A stretch of DNA of 63,289 nt, the filler included, from Octopus bimaculoides (Eukaryota), in NCBI RefSeq assembly GCF_001194135.2. It is 6 parts of 6 records of this genome, joined end to end, with 100 filler letters (N's around TTAATTAATTAA, not from the genome) between each part and the next. Parts side by side here need not be neighbours in the genome. Positions count along the whole stretch, not along the records: positions 48,916 to 61,925 come from NC_069009.1; 5 more parts are not named here. One strand, given 5' to 3'. This document shows, piece by piece, positions 48,916 to 61,711 of this stretch (its first letter is position 1; each line of letters begins with the position of its first letter). Position numbers and translations under genes: made by a program. Below the pieces are notes generated by a model, which saw only the letters and a program-made list of their open reading frames with translations, searched no databases and was not told the DNA's origin.

Positions 48916-49907
48916 AATAGGAACCAAATCCATTCACAAGGCTGGGGCTAAAGAAGAAGACACTTGCCCAAGGTGCCAGGTAGTGGGACTGAACTTGAAA
49001 CCATGTGGTTGGGAAGAAAACCTCTTACCACACAGCTACACCTGCTCCTACATATTTGCTGACTTTTATGGAAACAGCTGGAGGTGGATGATGATTATAT
49101 ATTTATTCTCACAAATCCACTCAGATAGCTTTGGTCAGCCTGAATCTATAGTAGGAGACACTTGCCCAAGGTGCCGCACAGTAAGACTGAACCCAGAACC
49201 ATGTGGCTAGGAAGCAAATCTCTTACCACACAGCCATGCTTACATTTATATATTTAGCGAAAAATATAAAATACTACGCAAATTGTTTTTGATAGCTAAA
49301 CGTACGTCTGTATTTTATGAGATATAGGATAAGAAGTTTAGGAAAAAAGCATTGGAAACAATGAAATGTTATCTATATGGTCATCTTCTGGGTGTTTTAT
49401 GAAACCAAAAACTAAAATGGAGAAAAAAGATAAGGAATTCGGTCAGAATTTTCTCTGAAACATTTAGAGGATATCAAGAATCATAAATTTATTTTACTGT
49501 TTGGCAAAAAAAGTAACTAATAAATGGAGAAAAAGGAATAAAACTGAAGAAATTTAGTTGAAATTTTGTCCTTGGGAATATTAAAATGATAATGTTCATC
49601 ATCAGCACTGTAACAACAACCACCAACAACACCACAACCAATACCACTATCATCAGTACTACTACCACCATCACCATCGGCAGTAAGACTACCAATATCA
49701 CATCCACCACCATCACCAAACCATCATCATCACCAGCACAACTAACACCACCGTCACTATCACCACCACCATCATCAACCTCCCTTCTGTAATCACCATC
49801 ATCACCACCACTACAAACAAGATCACCACCACAACCACCACCACCACCACCACCTTCATGAATGTCATAATTGTTTGATTTTTATGTTTGCATGACTGAG
49901 ACACATT

Positions 49908-50188
49908 ACCTCTCTACAACTTGAGGTAGGAATACAGACTTGGTTAGTCAGGGTTGTGAAAAAAAAAAATCATCCGAAACAAGAATCTACTCAGCAACAT
50001 CGCTTTTGGGTGAGACGAGGTTATCTCCCTTTGGTTGGTTCCAGTGGCAGTTCCAATTATCTTCAGTTCAAAGAGAGATAACACCACCTCACACCGAAAG
50101 GATGCTGCTCAGTAGCATTTCATTTCTGGGTATTTTTCACAACCAAATCAGACCAAGGTTGTATTCCTAACTCCAGTTGTAGAGAGGT
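49908..50188. mobile_element. MITE-like element with ~57-bp TIRs
   Basis: ACCTCTCTACAAC..TAGGAATAC..GGTTGTGAAAAA and its reverse complement; no TSD found. Confidence 0.7.
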
Positions 50189-50459
50189 GTCATGCCTGTG
50201 GCCAACAAGTTTGATGAGTCACCTACAACTCTTAGAACATTATAGGTGCAAAAGCAATGGTGACTCTCTAATCAACCATAACCAACAACCATATTAAATA
50301 TATATATATACCCAGAGGTGATAGTTTTCCTTCCTTATGGCGGTGCAGGTATTTTCGTGTTGATGGTGTGGTGTGAAGAGCATCAGTCTTGCTACACCTG
50401 AAGAAGTGCAGCAATTACTGTATTGTTAAGACAGAAACTTCAAGTCTTAATAAGTCTCA

Positions 50460-50650
50460 AAGCGACAAGCTGGCAGAAACGTTAGCGCGCCGGGCGAAAT
50501 GCTTAGTGGTATTTCATCTGCCATTAGGTTCTGAGTTCAAATTCCGCTGGTCGATAAGTTAAGTACCAGTTACGCACTGGGGTCGTTGTAATCAACTTAA
50601 TCCCTTTGTCTGTCCTTGTTTGTCCCCTCTATATTTAGTCCCTTTGGGAC
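50460..50650 (+). mobile_element. SINE family C
   Basis: GCTGGCAGAAACGTTAGCGCGCCGGGCGAAATGCTTAG...TCTGAGTTCAAATTCCG. Confidence 0.8.
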
Positions 50651-50654
50651 AGTC

Positions 50655-51276
50655 GCCTTGCTTAAGTTGGTGAAGGCTGCCATAATTCTTGCCTTCAGTT
50701 CATCTTTGGTGTTACAAGGAGTTTTGTTGGTCTCTCACTCAACTGAGCCCCACACATGATAATCAAAGAGGCTTCAGTCTGGTGAGTTAGGTGGCCAGAT
50801 GTTAGGGGGGATGTGGTCACAGAAATTGTCTGACAGCCATGGACTGGGTTCTCCTGCTTGTGCGACATGGTGCAGAGTCCTGTTGCCAGATGTAAAGTCT
50901 TCTAGCAGCCACTCTCTTGACCCAGGGAAGCACTACCTCTTCAAGGTCTCTGTGTTGAGTGTGAGGCTGTGTGGGAAGATGAAGGGAGGCATAACGTCAC
51001 CATCACTAGTAATCACACTAAACACCATGATGTTGAGTGGATATTTGATTTTTATTACTCTCAGCATGATTTTTATCACTTCAGGCATGAATACCAAGCA
51101 GTACAGCACACTGTCTCCAAATTTCTGGCTGAGTGAATTGTGTCATGGTGCTGTTTTTCTCACAGACGGTGCCCAGCTGACCCTACTATACTGTGCAGTC
51201 AACAAAATCAAAAACAATGTGCATGCAGGAAATTAAAAATATAAAACGGTGACAATTTACCCATCACGCCCTGTGT

Positions 51277-51277
<1 letters not shown>
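50655..51277 (-). mobile_element. Internally deleted maT-like transposon with left TIR
   Basis: VMVFSVITSDGDVMPPFIFP; WQQDSAP; TIR TACACAGGG. Confidence 0.8.
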
Positions 51278-51339
<62 letters not shown>

Positions 51340-52331
51340 CACATACATACATATATACACACACACACATACATAAATATATACACATACATATATATAC
51401 ACATAATGCAAGATAAGGAGTTTAATCGATAATTTTTAATATTTATAGAATATCTAATAAAGTTTATAAGTTTAAGTAGGTTTCTGGTGATGTGGGTCAA
51501 AGAGGAATTGGTGAGTGGGGGGAGGGGAGGACAAGAAATTTGTCTCCCCCACCTCCCCCCAAATAGAAGGGAGCCAAGAAAAAAATTATCAGATTATTTG
51601 TTTGTCTGTGCAGTAAGATCTTATCTGAACTAACTTCATCGTCTTCGTCATCCCCGCTGTTGTCATTGTTTTTATCATCATCATCATCATTATCCTCACT
51701 ACCATTGTTATTGTCTCCATCAGTGTCACTTCTGCTACTACCATCGCCACCACCACCACCACCACTACCGTCAACACTATTGTTACCACTTCTACTGATA
51801 TTGTCCTCATCATCATCATCATCATCACCATCATCAATCATTATTGTAATGGTCATCAACATCCTTGTCATCACCACCACTGACATCATCATGATCATGA
51901 ACATTATCAAGCTCATCACCACCACCACCACAACTAACAATCGTCATCATCAACAACATCACCACACCATAGACATCACCATTCTCTTCCCCTTCCTCAT
52001 CATTACCCTTCCCCCCCTCCTCATCATTGTTTTCACATCTACTTTTCCATGCTTGCATGGGTCGGATGAGTGTATACGGGGGCAGTATTTTCCATAGCTG
52101 GATGCTCTTCCTGTCATCAACCCCTCACTTGTTTCAAAGCAAAGTAATCACACAGTTCAATGAACAGCAAACATCCCAGACATGCTTTTGTGGTGGATTG
52201 CAAGCGAATGACTTAAGTGAAGCCTTTGCTAATAACCAGTAATCAAAATGCATGTATAACCAAAGGAAATATACACTCACTCACTTACACACACACACAC
52301 ATATATATACATATGTATATAAACATGTATG

Positions 52332-52384
<53 letters not shown>

Positions 52385-52974
52385 NNNNNNNNNNNNNNNN
52401 NNNNNNNNNNNNNNNNNNNNNNNNNNNNNNNNNNNNNNNNNNNNNNNNNNNNNNNNNNNNNNNNNNNNNNNNNNNNNNNNNNNNNNNNNNNNNNNNNNNN
52501 NNNNNNNNNNNNNNNNNNNNNNNNNNNNNNNNNNNNNNNNNNNNNNNNNNNNNNNNNNNNNNNNNNNNNNNNNNNNNNNNNNNNNNNNNNNNNNNNNNNN
52601 NNNNNNNNNNNNNNNNNNNNNNNNNNNNNNNNNNNNNNNNNNNNNNNNNNNNNNNNNNNNNNNNNNNNNNNNNNNNNNNNNNNNNNNNNNNNNNNNNNNN
52701 NNNNNNNNNNNNNNNNNNNNNNNNNNNNNNNNNNNNNNNNNNNNNNNNNNNNNNNNNNNNNNNNNNNNNNNNNNNNNNNNNNNNNNNNNNNNNNNNNNNN
52801 NNNNNNNNNNNNNNNNNNNNNNNNNNNNNNNNNNNNNNNNNNNNNNNNNNNNNNNNNNNNNNNNNNNNNNNNNNNNNNNNNNNNNNNNNNNNNNNNNNNN
52901 NNNNNNNNNNNNNNNNNNNNNNNNNTATATATATATATACATGTATAAATACAGTTATATATATATATATGCTG

Positions 52975-53270
52975 AGACCCCCTTCGGTTATGACTGACCA
53001 TGGGATTGCACCTAGAAAGTTACCCTCCGAGGCACAAGTCCAGGCAAGGTTGTTTATGGAAGACCAGCAGTCGGCCATGCATACCAGCCTCCGCTCTCCA
53101 CGCCACCAGTGGTATCCAAGAGTTAGGGGCTGATACAGCTTGGCACCTATGATGTCGCAACACATTTCTACAGCTTAGTGAACTCAAGAACACAACAAGC
53201 AGCCCGGTCTGGGATTCGAACTCACAACCTCGCGATCATAAGCTCAATGCTCAAACCACTGAGCTATAAT
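52975..53270 (-). mobile_element. SINE family D
   Basis: Homologous to 8835-9160. Confidence 0.75.
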
Positions 53271-53294
53271 ATATCGAAAGGACGTGTTATAATA

Positions 53295-53525
53295 CTATTC
53301 CACATATACAAAACTACTCTAGGCACAAGGCCCGAAATTTTGAGGGGAGGGGGCCAGTCAATTAGATTGACCTCAGTACGCAACTGGTACTTAATTTATC
53401 GACCCCAAAAGGACAAAAGGCAAAGTCAACTTTGGCCGAATTTGAACTCAGAACGTAAAGATAGATGAAATACTGCTAAGCATTTCGCACGGCGTGCTAA
53501 CGTTTCTGCCAGCTCACCACCTAAG
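53295..53525 (-). mobile_element. SINE family C
   Basis: Homologous to 50460-50650. Confidence 0.85.
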
Positions 53526-55187
53526 CAAAATATTAAACTACAGTATATATATATATATATATGTATACACACACACACAAAATTTATATATATGTGTGTG
53601 CATGTGTGAGGGTGTGTATATATATATATATACACACACAAACACATACACATAGAAATCTTCACATATAAACGCGAGTCACGGATATTTATAAAATAAG
53701 ATGATTCCACAAGAGACAAAGAGAAACAGAGAGAGAGAGAGAGAGAGAGGGGGGGGTAAGTGAAAGAGAGAAAGAAAGATAGAGAAGAGGAAGAGAGAGA
53801 GAGAGAGAACAGATTGAATCGTAAAAATGGTAGTGAAAGTAGAGCCAAATGTTAAATACAATAAAAAAAAACGTACATAAAAATAAACAAACAAACAAAC
53901 ACAAACACAAAACAGACAAACGAAAGATACTGAAATTGGCGTAAAAAATATCTATTTTATCTTCTTGCAATTCCTTATGAAAATAACTGACTTTTATGCT
54001 ATTTTTGTGTAGTTTTATTCTTGTATTTTGGTTCTCTTTATACTTTTTACATATTTTTCTTAGCTCACTCTCCTTATTTTCTTTACATTTTTTTTTTGTT
54101 ATTTATTTATCAATATTTGCTCCTACCACTTTTTCTGCTTATATTTGGAACAATAAAAAACACACAGAAGTAAACAATATCCATGATTGTATGTGTGTGT
54201 ACTTATCTTATTAGTATATAATTATTNNNNNNNNNNNNNNNNNNNNNNNNNNNNNNNNNNNNNNNNNNNNNNNNNNNNNNNNNNNNNNNNNNNNNNNNNN
54301 NNNNNNNNNNNNNNNNNNNNNNNNNNNNNNNNNNNNNNNNNNNNNNNNNNNNNNNNNNNNNNNNNNNNNNNNNNNNNNNNNNNNNNNNNNNNNNNNNNNN
54401 NNNNNNNNNNNNNNNNNNNNNNNNNNNNNNNNNNNNNNNNNNNNNNNNNNNNNNNNNNNNNNNNNNNNNNNNNNNNNNNNNNNNNNNNNNNNNNNNNNNN
54501 NNNNNNNNNNNNNNNNNNNNNNNNNNNNNNNNNNNNNNNNNNNNNNNNNNNNNNNNNNNNNNNNNNNNNNNNNNNNNNNNNNNNNNNNNNNNNNNNNNNN
54601 NNNNNNNNNNNNNNNNNNNNNNNNNNNNNNNNNNNNNNNNNNNNNNNNNNNNNNNNNNNNNNNNNNNNNNNNNNNNNNNNNNNNNNNNNNNNNNNNNNNN
54701 NNNNNNNNNNNNNNNNNNNNNNNNNNNNNNNNNNNNNNNNNNNNNNNNNNNNNNNNNNNNNNNNNNNNNNNNNNNNNNNNNNNNNNNNNNNNNNNNNNNN
54801 NNNNNNNNNNNNNNNNNNNNNNNNNNNNNNNNNNNNNNNNNNNNNNNNNNNNNNNNNNNNNNNNNNNNNNNNNNNNNNNNNNNNNNNNNNNNNNNNNNNN
54901 NNNNNNNNNNNNNNNNNNNNNNNNNNNNNNNNNNNNNNNNNNNNNNNNNNNNNNNNNNNNNNNNNNNNNNNNNNNNNNNNNNNNNNNNNNNNNNNNNNNN
55001 NNNNNNNNNNNNNNNNNNNNNNNNNNNNNNNNNNNNNNNNNNNNNNNNNNNNNNNNNNNNNNNNNNNNNNNNNNNNNNNNNNNNNNNNNNNNNNNNNNNN
55101 NNNNNNNNNNNNNNNNNNNNNNNNNNNNNNNNNNNNNNNNNNNNNNNNNNNNNNNNNNNNNNNNNNNNNNNNNNNNNNNNNNNNNNC

Positions 55188-55458
55188 CCTTAACGTAGTT
55201 CTCGGGGATATTCAGCGTGACACAGTGTGTGACAAGGCTGACCCTTTGAATTACAGGCACAACAGAAACAGGAAGTAAGAGTGAGAGAAAGTTGTGGTGA
55301 AAGAGTACAGCAAGGTTCGCCACCATCCCCTGCCGGAGCCATGTGGAGCTTTAGGTGTTTTCAATCAATAAACACTCACAACGCCCGGTCTGGGAATTGA
55401 AACCGCGATCCTATGACCGCTAGTTCGCTGCCCTAACCACTGGGCCATTGCGCCTCCA
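55188..55458 (-). mobile_element. SINE family A (3' end in gap)
   Basis: Homologous to 47228-47610. Confidence 0.88.
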
Positions 55459-55539
55459 TTTATTGATATATATATATATATGTATGCATGTATGTATGTG
55501 TGAATATGTATGTATACACACACACACACACACATATAA

Positions 55540-56050
55540 TGGACTTTCATCAAAGACGATGTGTAAACGGTCAGCATGTGGTAAACGGTCTGCATAGAGC
55601 TCAAGAACACAACGCACCACCCAGATCCTTATGGTAATGAGCTGAATCCTGTTGCCACACATATGGCCTTCCAGCAGCAATGCTCTCCAGTCAAGGATTG
55701 ACCACAATATCCAGCAGCTTCACATAGTTAGGTGAATTGAATCTAACGCCCAGTACAAAGATGTGGGGTGGCATGATGCCAACCTCAATGGAGACATGCA
55801 AAGACCATCAGATTTTGGGCAAACTTGTTTTTCATCATGTCCATTATGTCGTACAGCTTTTACAGAGTTCAGGGAGCATTGGGCAGCAGTCATGATGCTG
55901 GATTTGAGTTGGAAGGCATCAAACCTGTTCCACTTTCTATTCAATGATGGAACTAATAACTTCCATTATCCTTTTCCAGGGATTCTCCTCAAAACTCTAC
56001 CTCTGGAACTGCTAACTAACATTATCTTTTACCTCGGATTTTATTAACTC
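55540..56050 (-). mobile_element. maT-like transposase fragment
   Basis: IMPPHIF..GVRFNSPNYVKLL...AAGRPYVWQQDSA. Confidence 0.75.
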
Positions 56051-56197
56051 CCTGACCATGGAAATACCAAACACATCTATCTTTCACCCTTGGTTTCTTG
56101 AAGAAATGGTAACTATTAATATCCTCAACTGAGAATATTCTAAATTTCTATACTTTCTTATTTTTCTCTCTCTGATGATGGAATAAGAGGCGGTATC

Positions 56198-56471
56198 CAG
56201 TGGCTCAGGAACGAAATTTGCTTAGGGGGTGCAAACCCAGGTCCAAAATTTTTTACAAATTTGGTCTTGTTTTTTTTTTCTGTTATTTATTTTTGTGATT
56301 TGTTCTTTGAGAAGGAACCTAACTTCAAGGTACTTTTTACACATCACTTTTTTATTCACGGTTTTGTAAACCTGAGTAAAATAAGTAGGGCTGCAAATTT
56401 TGGTTCTGCACTCCGCAAAAATTCTAGGGGGTGCACTTGCACCACCTGCACCCCCTGTTCCCGGGCCCATG
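56198..56471. mobile_element. hAT-like MITE with 8-bp TSD
   Basis: GCGGTATC|CAGTGGCTCAGGAAC...GTTCCCGGGCCCATG|GCGGTATC; 11/15 TIR match. Confidence 0.85.
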
Positions 56472-56627
56472 GCGGTATCAAAACATTCCTGGACTTGTTA
56501 TGTAGCAGGCCAACTGATGGCGGCACACAGTTGAGTGTGCAGTGAGAGCAAGCAATGACCTTCATGAGACAGTGTGCTAAGTGATACTGCTGTGTTTACA
56601 TTATTTACATAATTCCTCATCTCTTAA

Positions 56628-56848
56628 CCCTTTAGTGTTTAAACCAGCCATATCCGCCCCAATATATTCTACATGTTTTATATTCAAACTGGCCATATCT
56701 AGCCTCTCACACCTAACCTACATTGACATTCTAAAAATAAACAATCACATCATTGAAATCTCAAAGCTATAAGATAATGCATGATTAATTCAAAACAATT
56801 TGAGTGAAAAAGTATTATATTTAACAGGGTAATCTGATCACTAAAGGG
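56628..56848. mobile_element. piggyBac-like MITE
   Basis: TTAA|CCCTTTAGTG...CACTAAAGGG|TTAA. Confidence 0.9.
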
Positions 56849-57041
56849 TTAAATATAGAACTGTATTATCTAATCGGTACGGAGCCGACATTAGACTTCA
56901 ATAGAGAAACTCCATCAAAAACTAGCTCATCTTTCAAACCATCTAACTTTAGCCCATGGGCATATGGTATAGTGGTTAAGAGCGCGAGCTACTAACCACA
57001 ACTTTCCGAGTTTGATTCCAAGAAGTAACCTGAACATTAAC

Positions 57042-57078
<37 letters not shown>

Positions 57079-57126
57079 TTGAAAAATACCTTAGAAATGA
57101 GAACCCAGGTTCGAAATTTCCCCAAG

Positions 57127-57170
57127 ACACCTGATGAAGGCTGGAAGGTATATCAGCTGAAACATTGTGT
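57127..57170 (+). ncRNA. Minimal type I hammerhead
   Basis: ACAC-CTGATGA-A-GGCTG(10 nt)CAGCT-GAAA-CAT-T-GTGT; repeated at 57409-57452 in the duplicated block. Confidence 0.75.
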
Positions 57171-57323
57171 TAACAACAAACAAGATGAGGACAAATATCC
57201 GTCAAATGTAAGTAATGTAAATAATGTACATAATTCCTCATCTCTTAAATATAGAACNNNNNNNNNNGAGCTACTAACCACAACTTTCCGAGTTTGATTC
57301 CAAGAAGTAACCTGAACATTAAC

Positions 57324-57360
<37 letters not shown>

Positions 57361-57589
57361 TTGAAAAATACCTTAGAAATGAGAACCCAGGTTCGAAATT
57401 TCCCCAAGACACCTGATGAAGGCTGGAAGGTATATCAGCTGAAACATTGTGTTAACAACAAACAAGATGAGGACAAATATCCGTCAAATGTAAGTAATGT
57501 AAATAATGTACATAATTCCTCATCTCTTAAATATAGAACTGTATTGCCATGTTTACTTTGCAAGTTTGAAATTTTGTGTTTTTGTGATC

Positions 57590-58030
57590 ACATGTATGCT
57601 GTAGTCTGCAATTTTATCATGGACAGGAACAGAGCCAATGCGAAATTTTGCTTTAAACTTGGGAAGTCTGCTACAGAGACATTGAGCATGATTTGGCAAG
57701 TTATGGCAATAAGGCAATATGTTTTGAGTGACACAGGTGCTTCAAAAGCCAAAGAATGTCCCTGGAAGACTATGTATGATCTGGAAGACCTACTATGAGT
57801 AACACCCCTGGAAATGTGGCATTTTGCATCGAGAGTTCATCCCCCAGGATCAGATCACCAATTGAGACTCCTATCATGATGATTTGAAGCATTTGAGGAA
57901 GGACATTTGGCGAAAACGACCAGATCTGTGGAGCATGAAGAATCTGATTCTTCATGATGACAAAGTCCCTGGCACCGAGTTCTCCTCACTCAAGAGTTTC
58001 TTGTGAAAAACAGCATGGTATCACTTCTAC
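57590..58030 (+). mobile_element. Internally deleted mariner relic
   Basis: RANAKFCFKLGKSATETLSM; RKRPDLWSMKNLILHDD; EFLVKNS. Confidence 0.8.
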
Positions 58031-58923
58031 TAATGGCTTCTTTCAGTTTCCGTCTACGAAATCTACTGACAAGATTGGTCCAAGGCTATAGCAGAAGCCC
58101 AAGACGTCATGCAGTGGGACTGAACCTGGAACCATGTTGCTGGGAAGCAAGCTTCTTATGACAGTCATGCTTGCACCTATTTGAAAGCGACATCATCTTT
58201 TTTATAAGTATCTGTTAAATCACATATAGAAATTTGATTGGCCACCAGCAGATATATATACACAAGCACATATATATACACACGCACATGCATATACACA
58301 AATGCACAGACACACAAACAAACACAAGTACATGCACACATAAAAACACACACATGCACGTACACTCTCACACACATACGCACACACTCATAAATACATA
58401 CAAGCATATATATACATACATACACACACACATATACACAAACATACATACACACAGACATGCACACACTCACACACATACACACAAATACACACACAAA
58501 CAGCCTGAACACTCGGCCACAAATAATTACTTTTAAAAATTTTAAATTCATAATATTCGTATTCCTTTTATTTTAAATTCTCTAAATAAAAACAAAATAC
58601 TTTAATTGCAAAAATAATTACGCACTATTTAAATTCCGTTAAGCAATTTATGTTTTAATTATTTACATGGCATCCCTGCCTCTACCAATTCCAATACAAA
58701 CGGCAATGGGAGTAAGCATATATTTAACTACAACAAGGCTACAGGCATTCCACTTATAAAGCTGCCCTTTAAAGATATTGCCAAATGGTTTCCTCTCAGA
58801 TTTAAATCTGTAATTCTTCAAGTCAAGTTACTGCGCTTTACCGAATTTCATTGCTGTCGGTCATTTTATTTTGGATTCATTATGGAGACAGACACACATA
58901 CTGACATATCACAAATTTATATA

Positions 58924-58962
<39 letters not shown>

Positions 58963-58964
58963 AA

Positions 58965-59330
58965 GGCATGGCTGTGTGGTAAGAAGCTTGCTTCACAACC
59001 ACGTGGTTCCTGTTTCAGTCCCACTGTGTGGCATCTTGGTTAAGTGTCTTCTATCTGTAGCCTCGGGCTGACCAAAGCCTTGTGAGTGGACTTGGTAGAT
59101 GGAAATTGAAAGAAGCCCGCGTGTGTGTGAATCGTGTGTTTGTCTCCTACCACCACTTCATAGCTGATGTTGGTGTGTTTACGCCCTTGTAACCAAGCAG
59201 TGCAGCAAAAGAGATTGATAGAATAAGTACCAGGCTTAATAAAAAAAAAGTACTTGAGTCCATTCATTTGATTAAAAATTCTTCAATGTGGTGCCCCAGC
59301 ATGACCACTGTCTAAATGACTGAAACTACG
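58965..59330 (+). mobile_element. SINE family B
   Basis: Full head, core and tail. Confidence 0.85.
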
Positions 59331-59357
59331 AAACAAATTATATATACATATATATAC

Positions 59358-59417
<60 letters not shown>

Positions 59418-59736
59418 TATAAATAATATGTATATATGCATATATACACACACACATGTACATGCCTACATATATGTGTATATATACATGCATATATGGC
59501 TACAGGACATCAATAAAAGCTTGGAAAACGAACATTTTTCGAACAACGAAAGAAAGAAATAGAGAAATGAAACAGGCAACATTTGTCCCGTTGTATCTAC
59601 TCCGTGTATATATGTATGTATATATATATGTAAATATATATAATTAACTTTAAAAAAAATGGAGTAAAAAAGATAACAGGAAAAAACAACAATGCGAGGA
59701 CGTGGTGACGCTCAGGGTAGGAAACAAAGAATGGTT

Positions 59737-59771
59737 GTTTTACGTTTCAAGCAAAGCTCTGCTTCAGGAAC
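59737..59771 (-). ncRNA. Degenerate minimal hammerhead in a Penelope-type tail
   Basis: GTTC-CTGAAGC-A-GAGC ttt GCTT-GAAA-CGT-A-AAAC (A9>C). Confidence 0.6.
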
Positions 59772-60054
59772 AGGAGACACAGGAAAGTCCAGAAGAAAAG
59801 GAAGAAAAGATCACCAACAGTCCACGTGTAGTTACATATATATACACACATATAAGTGTATGTAAGTATGGATGTTTGTATATATGTATGTATTTGTATG
59901 TCTGTGTTTGTCCCCCAACCATTGGTTGACAACTGATGTTGGTGTGTTTTCATCCCCGTAACTTAGCAGTTCAACAAAATAGACCGATAGAATAAGTACT
60001 AGGCTTACAAAGAGTAAGTCTTGGGGTTGATTTGTTCAACTAAAGCAGTTAAAT

Positions 60055-60121
<67 letters not shown>

Positions 60122-60994
60122 NNNNNNNNNNNNNNNNNNNNNNNNNNNNNNNNNNNNNNNNNNNNNNNNNNNNNNNNNNNNNNNNNNNNNNNNNNNNNNN
60201 NNNNNNNNNNNNNNNNNNNNNNNNNNNNNNNNNNNNNNNNNNNNNNNNNNNNNNNNNNNNNNNNNNNNNNNNNNNNNNNNNNNNNNNNNNNNNNNNNNNN
60301 NNNNNNNNNNNNNNNNNNNNNNNNNNNNNNNNNNNNNNNNNNNNNNNNNNNNNNNNNNNNNNNNNNNNNNNNNNNNNNNNNNNNNNNNNNNNNNNNNNNN
60401 NNNNNNNNNNNNNNNNNNNNNNNNNNNNNNNNNNNNNNNNNNNNNNNNNNNNNNNNNNNNNNNNNNNNNNNNNNNNNNNNNNNNNNNNNNNNNNNNNNNN
60501 NNNNNNNNNNNNNNNNNNNNNNNNNNNNNNNNNNNNNNNNNNNNNNNNNNNNNNNNNNNNNNNNNNNNTTCATAACAGATTATAAATCACATAAAAAAAA
60601 AAATGAGGAAAACTTGTCTTCATTAAAAAAAATTATTTCAAGTAATATTAATTTTGTTATGAAACCAATAATAATAATAATTAATAATTAATTTTTCATT
60701 ATAATTATAACCATTATTTATTTTATTTTGCTTGAATTTGATTTGTAAGAATTTTTATTTCAAACTGTGTGTGTTGAAGCCAATTATGTTATATTTCGGG
60801 AAAATCATACTGTTAAAAACAGATTCTCTGCTTGTGGTTTATGTGACATTTTGGTAAAATATTCAGAAATATTTCATCACAAAATCCTGTGATCCGACAA
60901 CTTGGCCATGATGTTTCATCAAAGCTTGTATCCTCTAAACTACATCAGAGCTGGAAACTTCAAGTTCTGTTTGAGAGCTGAATATGTTGTTGTT

Positions 60995-61346
60995 GGGTTC
61001 CAGTTGATCCGATCAACGGAACAGCCTGCTCATGAAATTAACATGCAAGTGGTTGAGCACTCCACGGGCACATGTACCCTTAACGTAGTTCTCGGGTATA
61101 TTCAGCGTGACACAGTGTGACAAGACTGACCCTTTGAATTACAGGTACAGCAGAAACAGGAAGTAAGAGTGAGAGAAAGTTGTGGTGAAAAAGCACAGTA
61201 GGGTTCGCCACCATCCCCTGCCAGAGCATCGGGGAGCTTTAGGTGTTTTCGCTCAATAAACACTCACAATGCCCGGTCTGGGAATCGAAACCGCGATCCT
61301 ATGACCGCGAGTCCGCTGTCTTAACCACTGGACCATTACACCTCCA
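60995..61346 (-). mobile_element. SINE family A
   Basis: Homologous to 47228-47610. Confidence 0.9.
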
Positions 61347-61550
61347 CAAGAGTTGAATATACAAACATACTTTTGTACCTATATATAGGTGTGGTATGAA
61401 GATTGCTTCCCATCCACATGAGTTTGGGTTCAGTCCCACTGTGTGGTACCTTGGGCAGGTATCTTCTACTATAACCTCACACTGACGAAAGCCTTGAGTG
61501 GATTTGGTATAGTGAAACTGAAAGAAGCCTGTTGTGTGTATATATATATA

Positions 61551-61687
61551 GATGTTTGCGATCTAGTTTGGATTTTTTGCCTTCAAATTTGAATTCTTTG
61601 CCATCAAATTTGAATTCTTTGTAATCAAATTTGGTGGCAAAAAATTCAAATTTGAAGGCAAAAAATCCAAACTAGATCGCAAACATT
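61551..61687. mobile_element. Short hairpin MITE in a TA context
   Basis: ATGTTTGCGATCTAGTTTGGATTTTTTGCCTTCAAATTTGAAT and its reverse complement. Confidence 0.85.
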
Positions 61688-61711
61688 TATATATTCCCTT
61701 CCATATCAGGT

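Larger units (their letters stand above)
56607..57545 (+). mobile_element. Family R2: terminally redundant ~396-nt unit with tRNA-like head, (AAT)n and hammerhead
   Basis: ACATAATTCCTCATCTCTTAAATATAGAACTGTA at both ends; A/B-box-like TATAGTGGTTAAG and GTTTGATTCC; HHR at 57127-57170. Confidence 0.72.

Noticed and set aside
56976-57540. Apparent dimer of the R2 unit (would suit a retrozyme multimer)
   Set aside because: The two blocks are identical including AAT count and flank a 10-N gap; treated as an assembly overlap until long reads show otherwise
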